A stretch of DNA of 48,026 nucleotides, the filler included, from Catajapyx aquilonaris (taxonomy: Eukaryota): assembly GCA_000934665.2 (NCBI GenBank). It is 2 parts of 2 records of this genome, joined end to end, with 100 filler letters (N's around TTAATTAATTAA, not from the genome) between each part and the next. Parts side by side here need not be neighbours in the genome. Positions count along the whole stretch, not along the records: positions 1 to 23,997 come from JYFJ02005595.1; 1 more part is not named here. The stretch is one strand, 5' to 3'. Numbering within the stretch: position 1 is the stretch's first letter; each line of letters starts with the position of its first letter. The notes beneath the pieces are model-generated. The model saw only the letters and a program-made list of their open reading frames with translations. It ran no database searches and was not told where the DNA came from. Shown piece by piece: positions 12,080-23,674 of this stretch. A program made the translations under genes and the position numbers.

Positions 12080-12385
12080 CGGGTTACAGGGTTATCATGG
12101 CAATGGGTTTTGAACAGTCTGTTTTCATGGCAACGGGAGGTTCAAGATGCGGTCCTGTCCACTCCCAATCCAGACAATCATGGCAACGGGTTACCATAGC
12201 AAGGGGGTTACCATAGCTACCATAGCATAACAGGGTTTCTTTGACGTCAACAGTGATTGTTTCTGATTTATTGTTTCCATAGTAACATCAGCACAATACC
12301 ATGGCAACAATGGCATTCAACAATATCAATGGTGCCATGGTAACAGACTTTTCAATTCCCATGTGAAGAACGGGTATCCTGCTAG
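12080..12385 (+). mobile_element. Helitron 3' end with CCATGGCAAC-type subterminal repeats
   Basis: Ends CCCATGTGAAGAACGGGTATCCTGCTAG|T (decayed hairpin plus CTAG before T); many CATGGCAAC/CCATAG(C/T)AA motifs upstream. Confidence 0.55.
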
Positions 12386-14503
12386 TTATCTCATAATTAT
12401 AATATAAGTTATGTATATCTGTCCAATAACAATATCAATGACACCTCCAGTGAAGGTCAAATGAAAATGAGCCAATTGTTGTATTAGATCTGACACATTT
12501 TTTCTGCCTTGCCAGTTAGTCAAGAATATCCTCTTGGTCTTGCAATCTCTCATGTCAGTTGTTTGCTTAATTGCCTTTGATCTCAGAAAGATAGGTGGGA
12601 GGGAATATTCTCAAGTGAAATCCTCTTGGATATTTTGCTTTGGACCGGACAGGCAAGTACTATGCTCTACCGGTGCAAGTACTATGCTCTACCAGTGTAA
12701 GTCTTGCACATTGTTGGGTGGAAGAAGGATAGTGGGAGATAGAATATCATGCACATTCATACACCAAAAAAAAAATCATTTTTGAGTACATCTCATCAGA
12801 TAATGAAACCTGATTTGAACTAGCACTTGCTGCAAGAAATATGTATCGGGCTTGGCTGATTTTTAAACAGGGGTTTTCAAATATTCATCTACAATCCTAT
12901 TACTCAAATTACAATTACTTTTTCATTGGAAGCTGCTGTAGGTAGGCCTATAGTCACTTTTAAAAATACCTATGATTTGTCTCGATAATAAAGTTAAATA
13001 AGTAATTGCATACCTTGTCACCTTATAGGGATTTTTTTACTTTCCCAAATTGATGAACACTTTGTTGCTTGTGAATTTTGAGAGCGGAATGAAATGAGAG
13101 AATCCCCTACAAAAATAATAATAACAAACCTATGAGGTGGAAGGCTGTGGTCCAAATCACTAAGTGCCATTCTGCCTCACAAAACTGAGTATATTGGTTT
13201 GTTTTATTATAATATAATAATGTTTATTGGCTTGTGGCCTCTTTTGAAGTCCCACTGTATCATTGACTGCACTGTTGATTGATCTTGATTGTGGGAGGAA
13301 ACTGCAGAATGCCAAGGAGACCCACGTGAACACAGGGATCACCCACTGAACCTCTTTCTGCATAAGAAAAATCCTCTGTCTAATCCAGGGATTGAACTTG
13401 GGACCTGAAAAGCAGGAGGTGTACTAAGTCCGCAATGGTTTGTTTTGTCTTATTGATCAGTTTAAAAAATAATAATTTACATAAAGGCTATTCTGGCTCC
13501 ATACTGACAGGCTTTCACATGATCCATCTGCTCTGAAATGGAACTGATCATATTTATTATTCAATGCCAGTGGCACTGCCCAAGGATGCCATTTATCCAG
13601 GTTTTTATTTCAGGTGTTTAGGGAACACCTAGGCCAGCAAGAGCACTTAATTTTCATGGGAGGGTGAGATAGTCATTTCCCCAATGTCCATCCTCAACTT
13701 GAGCTTTAGGAAAGGTTTGCTCCTTCGGAAATTGGGCTCCAAAAATCAGAGGGAAAAAGCTGATTCCTAATAATATGTTCAGTCGATCAATTATGGAAAC
13801 ACGATGTGCCCCTCTGAAAGGGGTAGTCAGCATGTTTAGAAGCAATGGTTTCTTTTTCTGATTTCTGGAGCCCAACTTGCCAAAGGACCAAGTTATATGA
13901 ATGCAAATTAAGGTAAATTCTCTGATTACGGATAATATCCTTAATTCAAAAATTAGAGATTTTCTCTTAATTTATGCTCATACAGCTGGCTTAAGTTTTA
14001 GCTGAAAATGTTCCAAAACTACAGTACTGTAGTACATTGTAGTGATGATAATATTGCATGAATTTTGGTATTTGTTCTCATGAGTTTTAGGGTGAAGGTG
14101 ATAATTTTTTGCTGAAGATCTCTCATATTAAAAAATAAAAATTAATAAGCAGTGTTTAGAGGGAATTTAAGCACTTCAACTGCAATTTCAATAGTCATTT
14201 GTCCATTTTAGTGATGGCAGTGCAATATGACAAATGTGATTTGAAAGGGTAGCACTTCCATCAAATTGTAGCAGTCACCTTGTAGGCCTGAGTTGAAGCC
14301 CTAACTGGTAAACAAGGAACACATACTCTGATTACAACAAATGAAATCTTACTTCTTGGAATCAATTTCCTTTGATATATATTAAGATGTAACATATTAT
14401 CTCACAATGTGCAGATCATTCCTCTTTTTTTGTGAGTTTTTATTTGCCACTGAGTAATTTTCAAATACATTTACACTGAAGTCAATTTTTATGATTACTA
14501 CTT

Positions 14504-14804
14504 TTTTTTTGTTTTTTTTTAAATAATTATTCATACCCCGTTATCAGCCTATCGGCTCTTTAGGGGGGAAGTTTTGTTTTGCCTGGAACTCTTTGCTTTC
14601 ATTTTACTGCGCTTTTTGGGATAGGATAGGGACGGAAGGAAGCGGCTGTGGCCTATTAATTACGGAAGCAACTCCGGAATTTTCCTGGAAGGACCGTGGG
14701 AAACCACAGAAAACCACGGTCATAGTTGCCGGCCCCGGGATTCGAACCCAGGACCTCCCGATTAGCAGTCGGACGCCTTATCCACTATGCCAACCTGCTT
14801 CGGT
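14504..14804 (-). mobile_element. tRNA-derived SINE, family A copy 3
   Basis: Reverse complement of the family A head; poly-T on the plus strand; TSD TATGATTACTACTT (14490-14503, 14805-14818). Confidence 0.85.
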
Positions 14805-16017
14805 TATGATTACTACTTCTGTGCATAACTTGTGTATCCTACTGTTTGTAAGGTTTTTTTTATTACACATGGGTTGTAATTACAAGTTTTCTTGTACTGT
14901 CATGGTGTAATCTGTCAGTGTCAGATTATTCCATTACAAATGTGAACTTTCCAGTTGCTGAAAAATCTACATGCTGCGCAGTAAGTTACAGAAATAAACT
15001 GATCCACGTACAAGATGTACTTTAAAAATGTGAGGGAAAAAACCTGATTGCAATGGTGTAAGCAATTGATTTTGGTATGCCATGTACTATTTTAAAATTA
15101 CATTATAATAAACTTTCACATCTGTCTGTTACTGGTATCTAATTACTGCATGTCCTTTTACACAATCATTTACTATGTTCTGTATGGCCACCATGTACCG
15201 TTAGTGAGCTCTGGTAAAATCATGCTGCATCAAGTTAGTTGGACACGATGTTGGACTTGTCTATTTCCATCTTGAGGGGAGATACTCTATGTGCATCAGG
15301 CTCTGTAGGGGTAGCTGAAGTGGATGGTCATAATGGTTGACCTTCATGTGACACTCCGCAAGGCATAATGGTGTTGGTATAGTAATAAGATCTACATGCT
15401 ACAAGGTTTTCTGATAACATCTTGTAATAAGAACATGACAGCAGCCCCACAATTTGGAAATGTTCGACATAAAACTGGTGGCTATTATCTATGCTTGGTT
15501 TCACTTTTGTAATCCATTGTAGCTGCAAGTCTAATCTCAGGAGTGTAAGCCTTTGATTCAACAAGTGGCTTCCAACAACAAGTTTATAGGCTTGGGATTC
15601 CTCAGGTTTATGGTGCGTACGGTATTCCTTTATCACCATCATAACTAGGACGTAATAAGTAGGTGGTTTCAGTTGGGCAATCTTGGGCTTAGCTAACAAT
15701 ATAATTAGGTCATTTTTGTTAGAGCCCTGCAGTCCTTATTCTTGGTTGACCAAGTAAAAATTACCAGGGTAAATGCATTGTCTTCCACATTTGGACATCT
15801 TCTGTGGTGATTACTTATACAATACATTGGTAGGTATAGGGGAGTGTGAACAGGCAAAAGTAGCAAGAAACTTGCTCTAAAACTGGAGTTGCGTGATCAG
15901 TAGTAAACCAAAAACAAGTGGTCCTTTTTTAATTGTTTTTATTGCTACCAACAAAGAATAGCACGGATCAACCACTTATTGTTCTGGATTTACTATCGAC
16001 CATGCACTGCATTCTGA

Positions 16018-16925
16018 AAGGGAAGGTCACGGGGTGATAATGACGGATCTTGATGAAATTTAACATGCTAATACAGGACAATATATCTGATACCCAAAAA
16101 TGACATATTTCGTGCGGAACCCCATATTTGCAAAAGTTATGACGTCTTAAAGTTCCAAAAATAATACATTTTCATACTCCATGGGATTACATTAGCGACC
16201 ACATATAATGACATTGAAGTGTGTAATCAGTTTCTAGACCTTTTCTCATCGGAAAAAAGTCCAACAGAACGGCTCTGGCCGTCCGTCCGTCCGTCCGTCT
16301 GTGGACAGGTATAAAGGCCTGAACCGTAAGAGATAGCGACAAACGGTTTTCATATTCGGATTGAGCGTGACCAAAATAAGTTTCATGGTCAACTTCTGGT
16401 GACCCGCCACTTCCGGTCTTCCGGGTTCACTCTATCCGCACAAGTCTACTTTACGGCCGGGTTATCGTTGGATTTCGAAGTTATAGTTTCCGTGTATTCC
16501 TGACCGTGTTTTTCGGGGATTTACTCCGGGTTTTACTGACTCGCTGGCACAGGGGCTGTGGAATTTATTCCTGACGTTGGACATGTTTGCAATGAGCGTC
16601 ATCGGCCGCCATGATGTTATCGCCCAAGCCGATACTGGAATCGATATGTTACCTAGGTTACGATATATCGATTCACATGCTCCCTGAAAGAATGAGAAAA
16701 GGTCTAGAAACTGATTAGTACACACTTCAATGTCATTATATGTGGTCGCTAATGTAATCCCATGGAGTATGAAAATGTATTATTTTTGGAACTTTTAAGA
16801 CGTCATAACTTTTGCAAATATGGGGTTCCGCACGAAATATTTCATTTTTGGGTATCATATATTGTCCTGTATTAGCATGATCAATTTCATCAAGATCCGT
16901 CATTATCACCCCGTGACCTTCCCTT
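16018..16925. mobile_element. Foldback element: ~230-bp inverted arms enclosing a DINE-1/Helentron-like core
   Basis: 16018-16249 is the reverse complement of 16692-16925 with few mismatches; the core has a (GTCC)n microsatellite and GGACAGGTAT as at 9118. Confidence 0.75.
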
Positions 16926-16974
16926 GTGAGATGATAAATCAATAGTTCATTCATGACATTAATTGCACATCAAC

Positions 16975-17313
16975 GGGGGAGGCACGGTGGCCGAGATGGT
17001 AACGTCTCGGCTTGCTATGCGAAAGGTCCCGGGTTCAAATCCCCACCCGGGAGCAAACCTTTCGCTTGCGTCATTGGGTCGTGACCCGCGCCTAAGGAGG
17101 CGTCTTGGCAACCTGACCTCCTGGGCCTGGCCCACCGTTGGACAATGCACCTGCACTTGTGTCCCCTCCCCAAATCCCCTCCCTTACCCAATTTCCTAGT
17201 ATTCCTTGCCCCGGAGATCGAAGGAAAAAAAATCAGTAGAAAAACTGAATGGTGGTAGACCACCCCCCTATAACGACCAAGAGGTTGTATCTCGGGGTAA
17301 ATGAAAAAAAAAA
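16975..17313 (+). mobile_element. tRNA-derived SINE, family D, A-tail
   Basis: A-box TGGCCGAGATGG, B-box GGTTCAAATCC; TSD TGCACATCAAC (16964-16974, 17314-17324). Confidence 0.85.
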
Positions 17314-17960
17314 TGCACATCAACAATAAATTACTTGTGTATTATTTTGGGCTTCCATTCCCTGCCGATTCCCCACCTTTTGTGGCAGTCCACGAGAAAA
17401 TTATGCCGTCATTTCGAACAACGTCGCATCTGCACATATTGGTGTCTAATTTCCAGGAAAACACACCTAGAAACTTGATCTCACCGCTGCGCTGTGTGCA
17501 GATGTGACGTTTTTCGAAATGACAGCTAAATTGCTATTCCATTCGCGACTTGTAATTCCCGATTTTCACGACATGGCAAGACATGGCAAGACATGGCAAG
17601 AAAAATAGTTCCAGTTTTTAATATGGTATTAATAGAAATGGCCTTCACAAAAAGTATCGTGCTGCACGGAGCTATCAATTCTAGAACGAACCCTGTAGGT
17701 TTTCGCGGAAACTAAACTTCCAAGAGCTATAATTTTGACAAGACGAATTGCCGTAACTAATAGTTCAGTATTAGCTTTACATCGCAAAATACCAAACTCT
17801 TCCTTTAAATCGAAGTTTGTAAAGCTGAGTTCCCACGCTCGCTGTGCTTTCGAGCTCTCGCGTGAGCGACAGACAACGGACGAATAGGATTTGAGAATTG
17901 GCTTTTCGTTCTCACTCAAGCTTTCGCTGCGACCGACACGACGATTCTCGCGAGCTTGGT

Positions 17961-18134
17961 GTTTCTCCCGCGACCCCAAGAGCTATGCCGGCGGTAGCTT
18001 CGTCTATTGGCAGGACCACCCAAGTCGGACAGGTCTTTTTTCCTCTTCGTTTCTCTCATCTCCATCTGTCCCACCTTTGCTTCTTATAGCCAGATAGCCA
18101 TAGTTGCTTTGGCTTCTTTTTAATAAACCTAAAC
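17961..18134 (+). mobile_element. Short retroposon with RTE-5'UTR-like core
   Basis: 14-bp TSD CTCGCGAGCTTGGT (17947-17960, 18135-18148); core GAGCTATGCCGGCGGTAG...GTCGGACAG shared with 25520-25667; TAAACC-type tail. Confidence 0.65.
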
Positions 18135-18209
18135 CTCGCGAGCTTGGTAACCCACCCAAGCCCAATGTCGCATTCACATAGCTTGTTGTTATTATTATTA
18201 CTATTACTA

Positions 18210-18382
18210 CAGTTGAATCCGGATATAACAGCCTCGGCTATAACAGACTCGAAAGGCCGGGCGCGGCGCGGCGTACTTACATATACTGTATTATAATTAT
18301 GGCTTGTGTATTCTGCTATAACAGACCTGGGTTATAATTGATTTCCGCGATCCCTTGAAGTCTGTTATATCCGGATTCAACT

Positions 18383-18383
<1 letters not shown>
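18210..18383. mobile_element. Tigger/pogo-like MITE inserted in an (ATT)n tract
   Basis: TA|CAGTTGAATCCGGATATAACAG ... CTGTTATATCCGGATTCAACTG|TA; perfect 22-bp TIR. Confidence 0.85.

Positions 18384-18384
<1 letters not shown>

Positions 18385-18453
<69 letters not shown>
18385..18453. repeat. (ATT)n microsatellite
   Basis: Direct reading, roughly 23 units. Confidence 0.95.
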
Positions 18454-18455
<2 letters not shown>

Positions 18456-18791
18456 TGAGTAGATGTCTTTGTGGATACACCTTAAGGTATGTGCTAAGTA
18501 CGATAATACAGTCAGCTCTGGGTTATCCGCGGTATGAAAAATAAATAAATAAAAATATTAGAATTTAAAAATCACACACGTAGGCTATTTTTAATACGGT
18601 ACATTACTGTATTGTTACAACGATTCGATTTTATTGTAAATTGTTTTTGCTGACGTTCTAATGTGTATAATTTCTCATTTAAATTTATCATATGCATGTT
18701 ACTCCTATACAGTACCGTATGTTAGGGTTCGGGTTTCGCGTTCGAGTTTCGTTTATCCGTGGGTTAGGGGCGGGAAGCTTGGAACCAATTA

Positions 18792-19177
18792 GGGGTCGTG
18801 CAAATACCACGTGACCGATTTTAGGCCACTTTTTGACCCCCCCCCCCCTCCCCCTTTTTTCACTTGGTTTTTTAAAAGGTCAAATGTTATCAGAAAAAAT
18901 GCGTTCCAAAATGATGGCTCCTCAACTAAACTGTTTAAGCACGTAAAAAACATGTCTCCCCATGTTTTCGGGGTCGCTGATTTCGAATTTTACGTTATTT
19001 TGAACCCATGTGCATCTGTAAAAGCTCCCATATGTGCCCATTCACAGTGTTCAGAGATACCACATGAATTTTCGCCTCCCCCCCCCCCCGTGACCAACCG
19101 TGGTATATCAGCAGACCCCCCCCTCCCCCCAAAACGGTCACGTGGNCAAAACGGTCACGTGGTATTTGCACGACCCC
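18792..19177. mobile_element. PIF/Harbinger-like MITE
   Basis: TTA|GGGGTCGTGCAAATACCACGTGACCG ... CGGTCACGTGGTATTTGCACGACCCC|TTA; perfect 26-bp TIR and 3-bp TTA TSD. Confidence 0.85.
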
Positions 19178-20927
19178 TTATGTTCCCAGTCAGGATATGA
19201 GTATGATTATGTAGCTCGGCCCACACGGCACAACCTCATCTATCTATATAGCACATTGCAAGAAACTCGATGTATCCGGATCCCTCCGTAATATATTACC
19301 ACCATTGTCGTCTAGCTGCCTAATATTCCGTGTCCCCATCCTGTCAAACAATCAAATGTCGTGTATTCCATTAAATATGTTAAGGCCGCATGATTCTCAC
19401 ACCCTTTTGGTTATGTCTTCTCAATGCCACCAGCCCCATCCTGATTCATCTCACGCATTTAATAGCCAATGCATCATCTACGACCCATCAGCTGACTCAT
19501 CACTTCTACTCATCCCATCTGACCACTGACCAAAAAAATGTGGCACAAGACCACCAGTCATGCGCAGTCAGCCTGTACAAGACGGGTAACGATTCTTGCA
19601 CCCCCTACTCTCACTATTCTCCTTGGCTCTGTTCGCGGGGGAGTGCCAGTCACTCAACCCGCTTGGGTGGTTCCACACTGGTGCGTCTTCGAATTTCTCT
19701 TCATGCAGGAACAGCATGTTTAAAGATAGAAAAAAAATGAAGAAGGGAGAAAAAGTGAAGGCATCGGAGGACAAGCCCGTGGGCTCCCTCGAGCATGCTT
19801 CAAGGTTTTTCTAGCAGGTTGGGGAGGATGAGCGGGCCTCAAACTTCCTGCAGTCGACCTCATCACTGGTGAGCATCTTTTGGCTTTTTTAGTTAGTTGT
19901 TCTAAGTACGCAACAAGTGTGTGATTTGATTGGGCAGCCAATTGTTTGGGTTGAAAGTTGAGAATGGGACGTTGGAGGGGGTCAGGAGAAAGGGATATTC
20001 TTTACCCTGAGGCGATCCCGTTCCGGTACGTTACTACATTCCATTGGACTCATGTAATTGGGTTAAGGGGTAGTGGCCGATTGTTGGATTACAGTACGGG
20101 GCTTGCAGTGGTGGTGTCATGGGGAGTTTAAATGAAGCGCGGGTGTTGACAAGTTCTGTTCAGTAGGTTTCAATTAACGAGTGAGCTAAAGTGTGTACAA
20201 TCAGTACTTATCTTCATTAGCGGTGAGGCTGATACGATCGTATACGATCGTTCCAGCGGCAATCATATGAAAGGTCAAACTGCACCTCGATGAGTCAGTC
20301 AGTTTCAAGTCATTTATCAAGTGACATCTGGAGGCCAGGATATTTTGACGGTGTAATTATTTCTTTTCCCATAAACTTCGATTTGACCAGTGTACTATAC
20401 CTGTATATTGTGCAGGTCGTGTGTTTCTGTCTATAATACCAGATTGGTGGTGTTATCATTTTTTAAATCCACCTTCACTTTCAACGAGCCTTCGCAATTT
20501 CCTCGTAACCTACATTATTATACGCCTTCATACTTGATTTCGAACATGGCATTTTTTTCCTTCTTGTCTTTGCCTTTGATCGCAGACCGTCATGTAATTT
20601 ATGGTCGGTGCTGTTCTTTCACTAAGCAACTGCTCCACCCACCCAACAACTTCGCTCAAAACCTGGGTAGGCCCCCCCCCCCTCCCTCCGACTCTCTCTC
20701 CGTGTGTGACATGGAGCATAACATTCCCCATTATTGCTCCCCCAGCCAGCAAAGTGTGTCGTTTTCATAGGGGCAATAATTAATACAGTACATTGTTTGA
20801 TGAGCTCCCTTGCGGTCACTAATATCTATTGTGATATTACGGTGTAATACATTGTTCCAGCTGCTTAATGGTGTCATATGTATGGGTGGGCTAATTTAGT
20901 GAAAAGTGTATACATTTTAAATATAAA

Positions 20928-21093
20928 CTTACTCCAAAATTCCAGTCATTTCTTGCTGGGAACACACGTGCTCCCGAGCACATTTGTAGATCTCAAACAT
21001 GGTTAAGACTCTTATTAACCATGTTTGAGATCTACAAATGTGCTCGGAAGCACGTGCGTTCCGAGCAGGAAATTACTGGAATTTTGGAGTAAG
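20928..21093. repeat. Long inverted repeat (79-bp arms, 8-nt loop)
   Basis: 20928-21006 pairs with 21015-21093 with about 5 mismatches. Confidence 0.9.
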
Positions 21094-21903
21094 AATATGT
21101 TTTGGGTCCGATATAATTATACCGCAGTTATACTTGTCCCTTAAAGAAGTATGCCAGCTCTGTTTAGTGTGATTTAAACGTAAAGCCCCTGCTTATAGGG
21201 TCCTATTGTTTGAGCAGCGGTTTTGAGCTGACTGTTCAGAGAACTACTTGCACTTTAATTGCCACAACAGCAAACGAAACAAACAGTGCTCAAGGGCCAG
21301 TTGAAAACTAAACCTGGCCCACGTCTAATATCTTGCTATGGTAGTTACCCCATGCTGGATAAGTTGTTAAGACTAGGGTCATTACCCTTTCGTCATTTTG
21401 TACGCTTACGCAGCATTCCACAAGTGGTTGCCTCAACAATATGTTGCCGTTAGCATGTCAGGTAAAAATGTGCATTGTGGCAAGATTCACGCAGCAACCA
21501 TTCTAAGCCTATAGTAACGACATGAACTTTAATTACAGTTATATAAATGTCTGATTTCAAAATACTGACAGCCAGTATACATATCTGAGGATAGGTCACC
21601 GAATACGTCATGGCAACTGGCAGGCCGATACAAACAAAAGTATCAATAAATGAAATCTCTATGTACGGTACAAGTATTGCCTCCTAGGAGGCGGATGTCA
21701 GATAAGGGCCGAAACAATAGATCGATGATATATTAGCCTCTCGGGACGCAACACACCACGCGCATGTACTGACCCTTAGGCGCTGAATGCTAAGATCTGT
21801 ATCATCTTTTTATACACTATTATACTCCACTTCAAGAGTCTATCGCAATAATTCACATGATATACTCATGATGCACTTCTGGTTTTATTACAGATAGACC
21901 AAG

Positions 21904-23259
21904 ATGCACATGTTCCGTATGAGAATGCGATGGATTCCCATCACACTGATGGCCTGTGTGACTGGCGCATTACTATTTGTTGTGAATTTTTGTTTGAGCA
22001 TATCGGACACTGATCAGCGCATACCTAGGATGCGATTGTTGACCGCAAAAGAGAGCAACGATGCAGAAAGCTTGCAGAATTCCGAAAGCAGTGTGGCCAA
22101 ATGGCGTCACCTTTCCCCGGAAGAAGTGGATCAAATGTCGGTTTTAGGAAGACACCTGTTCCTGGGCCAGAACGTGAGTGCTTCGTGGAACTGGAAGAAG
22201 ACATTCACAATAGTCGTCTGGAAACACGGCGGGTCTTTGGAAAGGAGGTTCCTCAAGAGTTATGGGAAGGTCAAGATGGATCCGTTCCACAACTGTTCCG
22301 TTTCCAATTGTCGTCTCAGTTACAAGGACTCTGATGTGTTAGATGCAGATGCGGTTCTGTTTCATCTTCACAAGACACGTGGTCCCAAATCTTTACCGAA
22401 AGTTAGGTCTCCTGAGCAAAGGTGGATCTTTCTTACAGACGAGAACCCGTTCAACACGTTTATACTCACCAAAAAGTACCGACTGTGGGACTACAACGAT
22501 TTGTTCAACTGGTCCATGCACTATCGGATGGACGCGGACGTGCCGGTACCGTACGGTCGCACCGTTCCATTAACCCCCGACGAAAAGCTCAGTGTGAAGC
22601 TGAATGTGAACTATGCTGCATTGAAGACTAAGATGGTCGCAGTTATGGGCTCCAACTGTGGCGGAAGGAATAAACGCTGGTTGTACGTAGACCAACTGAA
22701 GAAGTATCTTCCGGTGGACGTGTATGGGTCGTGTGGCGATTTTAAGTGCCCGGGGCATTTTTCTCTCGATTGTGCCAAGCTAAACGATTACAAGTTCTAC
22801 TTCTCCTTTGAAAATGGTAACTGTGATGAATACATTACGGAAAAAGCATGGTGGCACGGCTTACATAAAGGTGCCATACCGGTCGTGATGGGTGCCAAAC
22901 GAAGAGATTACGAAAAGGTGTTACCGCCGGGTTCGTTCATTCATGTGGACGACTTTGATACTCCAGAAGACTTGGCGAGATACCTTCTCTTCTTGAATTC
23001 TAGTGAAGTGGCATATAACAAATATTTTCAGTGGAAATCGAATTTTAAGGTGTTGAATGAACACGGTTACTTTCAGACACCAGTGTTTCACTACTGTCGC
23101 ATTTGCGAGGCTTTAAATTACAACAGTCGTGCTCCGAAGGTATACAATGACCTGGAATCATACTGGAATCCTTCTCTGCATTGTTATTCATCAGGGTGGG
23201 ATAACAGACACGAACATTATGGAAAACGTACGAGCCACGAATCTTCATCACAATTATAG
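21904..23259 (+). CDS. Alpha-1,3-fucosyltransferase (GT10 family), 451 aa, intronless CDS
   Basis: Type II topology (basic N-tail, TM WIPITLM...FCLSI). Motifs ADAVLFH, QRWIFLTDENP, FNWSMHYRMDADVPVPYG, SNC, YKFYFSFENGNCDEYITEK, PVVMGA, PPGSFIHVDDF, CRIC. Splice acceptor TTTTATTACAG ends at 21893, 10 nt before the ATG. Confidence 0.95.
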   Translation: MHMFRMRMRWIPITLMACVTGALLFVVNFCLSISDTDQRIPRMRLLTAKESNDAESLQNSESSVAKWRHLSPEEVDQMSVLGRHLFLGQNVSASWNWKKTFTIVVWKHGGSLERRFLKSYGKVKMDPFHNCSVSNCRLSYKDSDVLDADAVLFHLHKTRGPKSLPKVRSPEQRWIFLTDENPFNTFILTKKYRLWDYNDLFNWSMHYRMDADVPVPYGRTVPLTPDEKLSVKLNVNYAALKTKMVAVMGSNCGGRNKRWLYVDQLKKYLPVDVYGSCGDFKCPGHFSLDCAKLNDYKFYFSFENGNCDEYITEKAWWHGLHKGAIPVVMGAKRRDYEKVLPPGSFIHVDDFDTPEDLARYLLFLNSSEVAYNKYFQWKSNFKVLNEHGYFQTPVFHYCRICEALNYNSRAPKVYNDLESYWNPSLHCYSSGWDNRHEHYGKRTSHESSSQL

Positions 23260-23674
23260 CCTAATCAATATTGTTCACTGCGGTTTTCCAAAATACGTCC
23301 CGAAAAATACGATTGTTTTAGGTGATTCTGACGGGAAAACCCTTAAATATAGGGCTTGACATGTGTTGTGTTAAACCGTGTTTTGAGTACACCTTAACAG
23401 TTAACAGTAATTTTTTTATGTGGCCTTCTTTTCTGCAAAGTGCTGGTCACCGACTTTGCTTACATCGGCCATCAATTCTCTCACTGTCCGCCGAGTGGAC
23501 CGTTTCTTGGGCAAAGTGATACCCTGTACAGTACAATACAGGTAGCCTCCTATTTACGACTGGGTTGGGTTTGGTCGGAGTGAAAAATATTTCCTTTTTG
23601 TAGCTTGTTGCGTCCTGCTCGTGGTCCCTATCCAGGTGCCCAACTAACAAGGAACACTATCCAAGTGTCACTCG

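Noticed and set aside
19760..19815. HDV-like ribozyme (GGCAT...GCT CCCTCG AGC ATGCT)
   Set aside because: P1 is only 5 bp, and no P1.1 GG, P4 or catalytic J4/2 element can be fitted.
21585..21720. Hammerhead-like CTGAGGA...GAA and CCGAAAC motifs
   Set aside because: No convincing stems I-III flank the core motifs.
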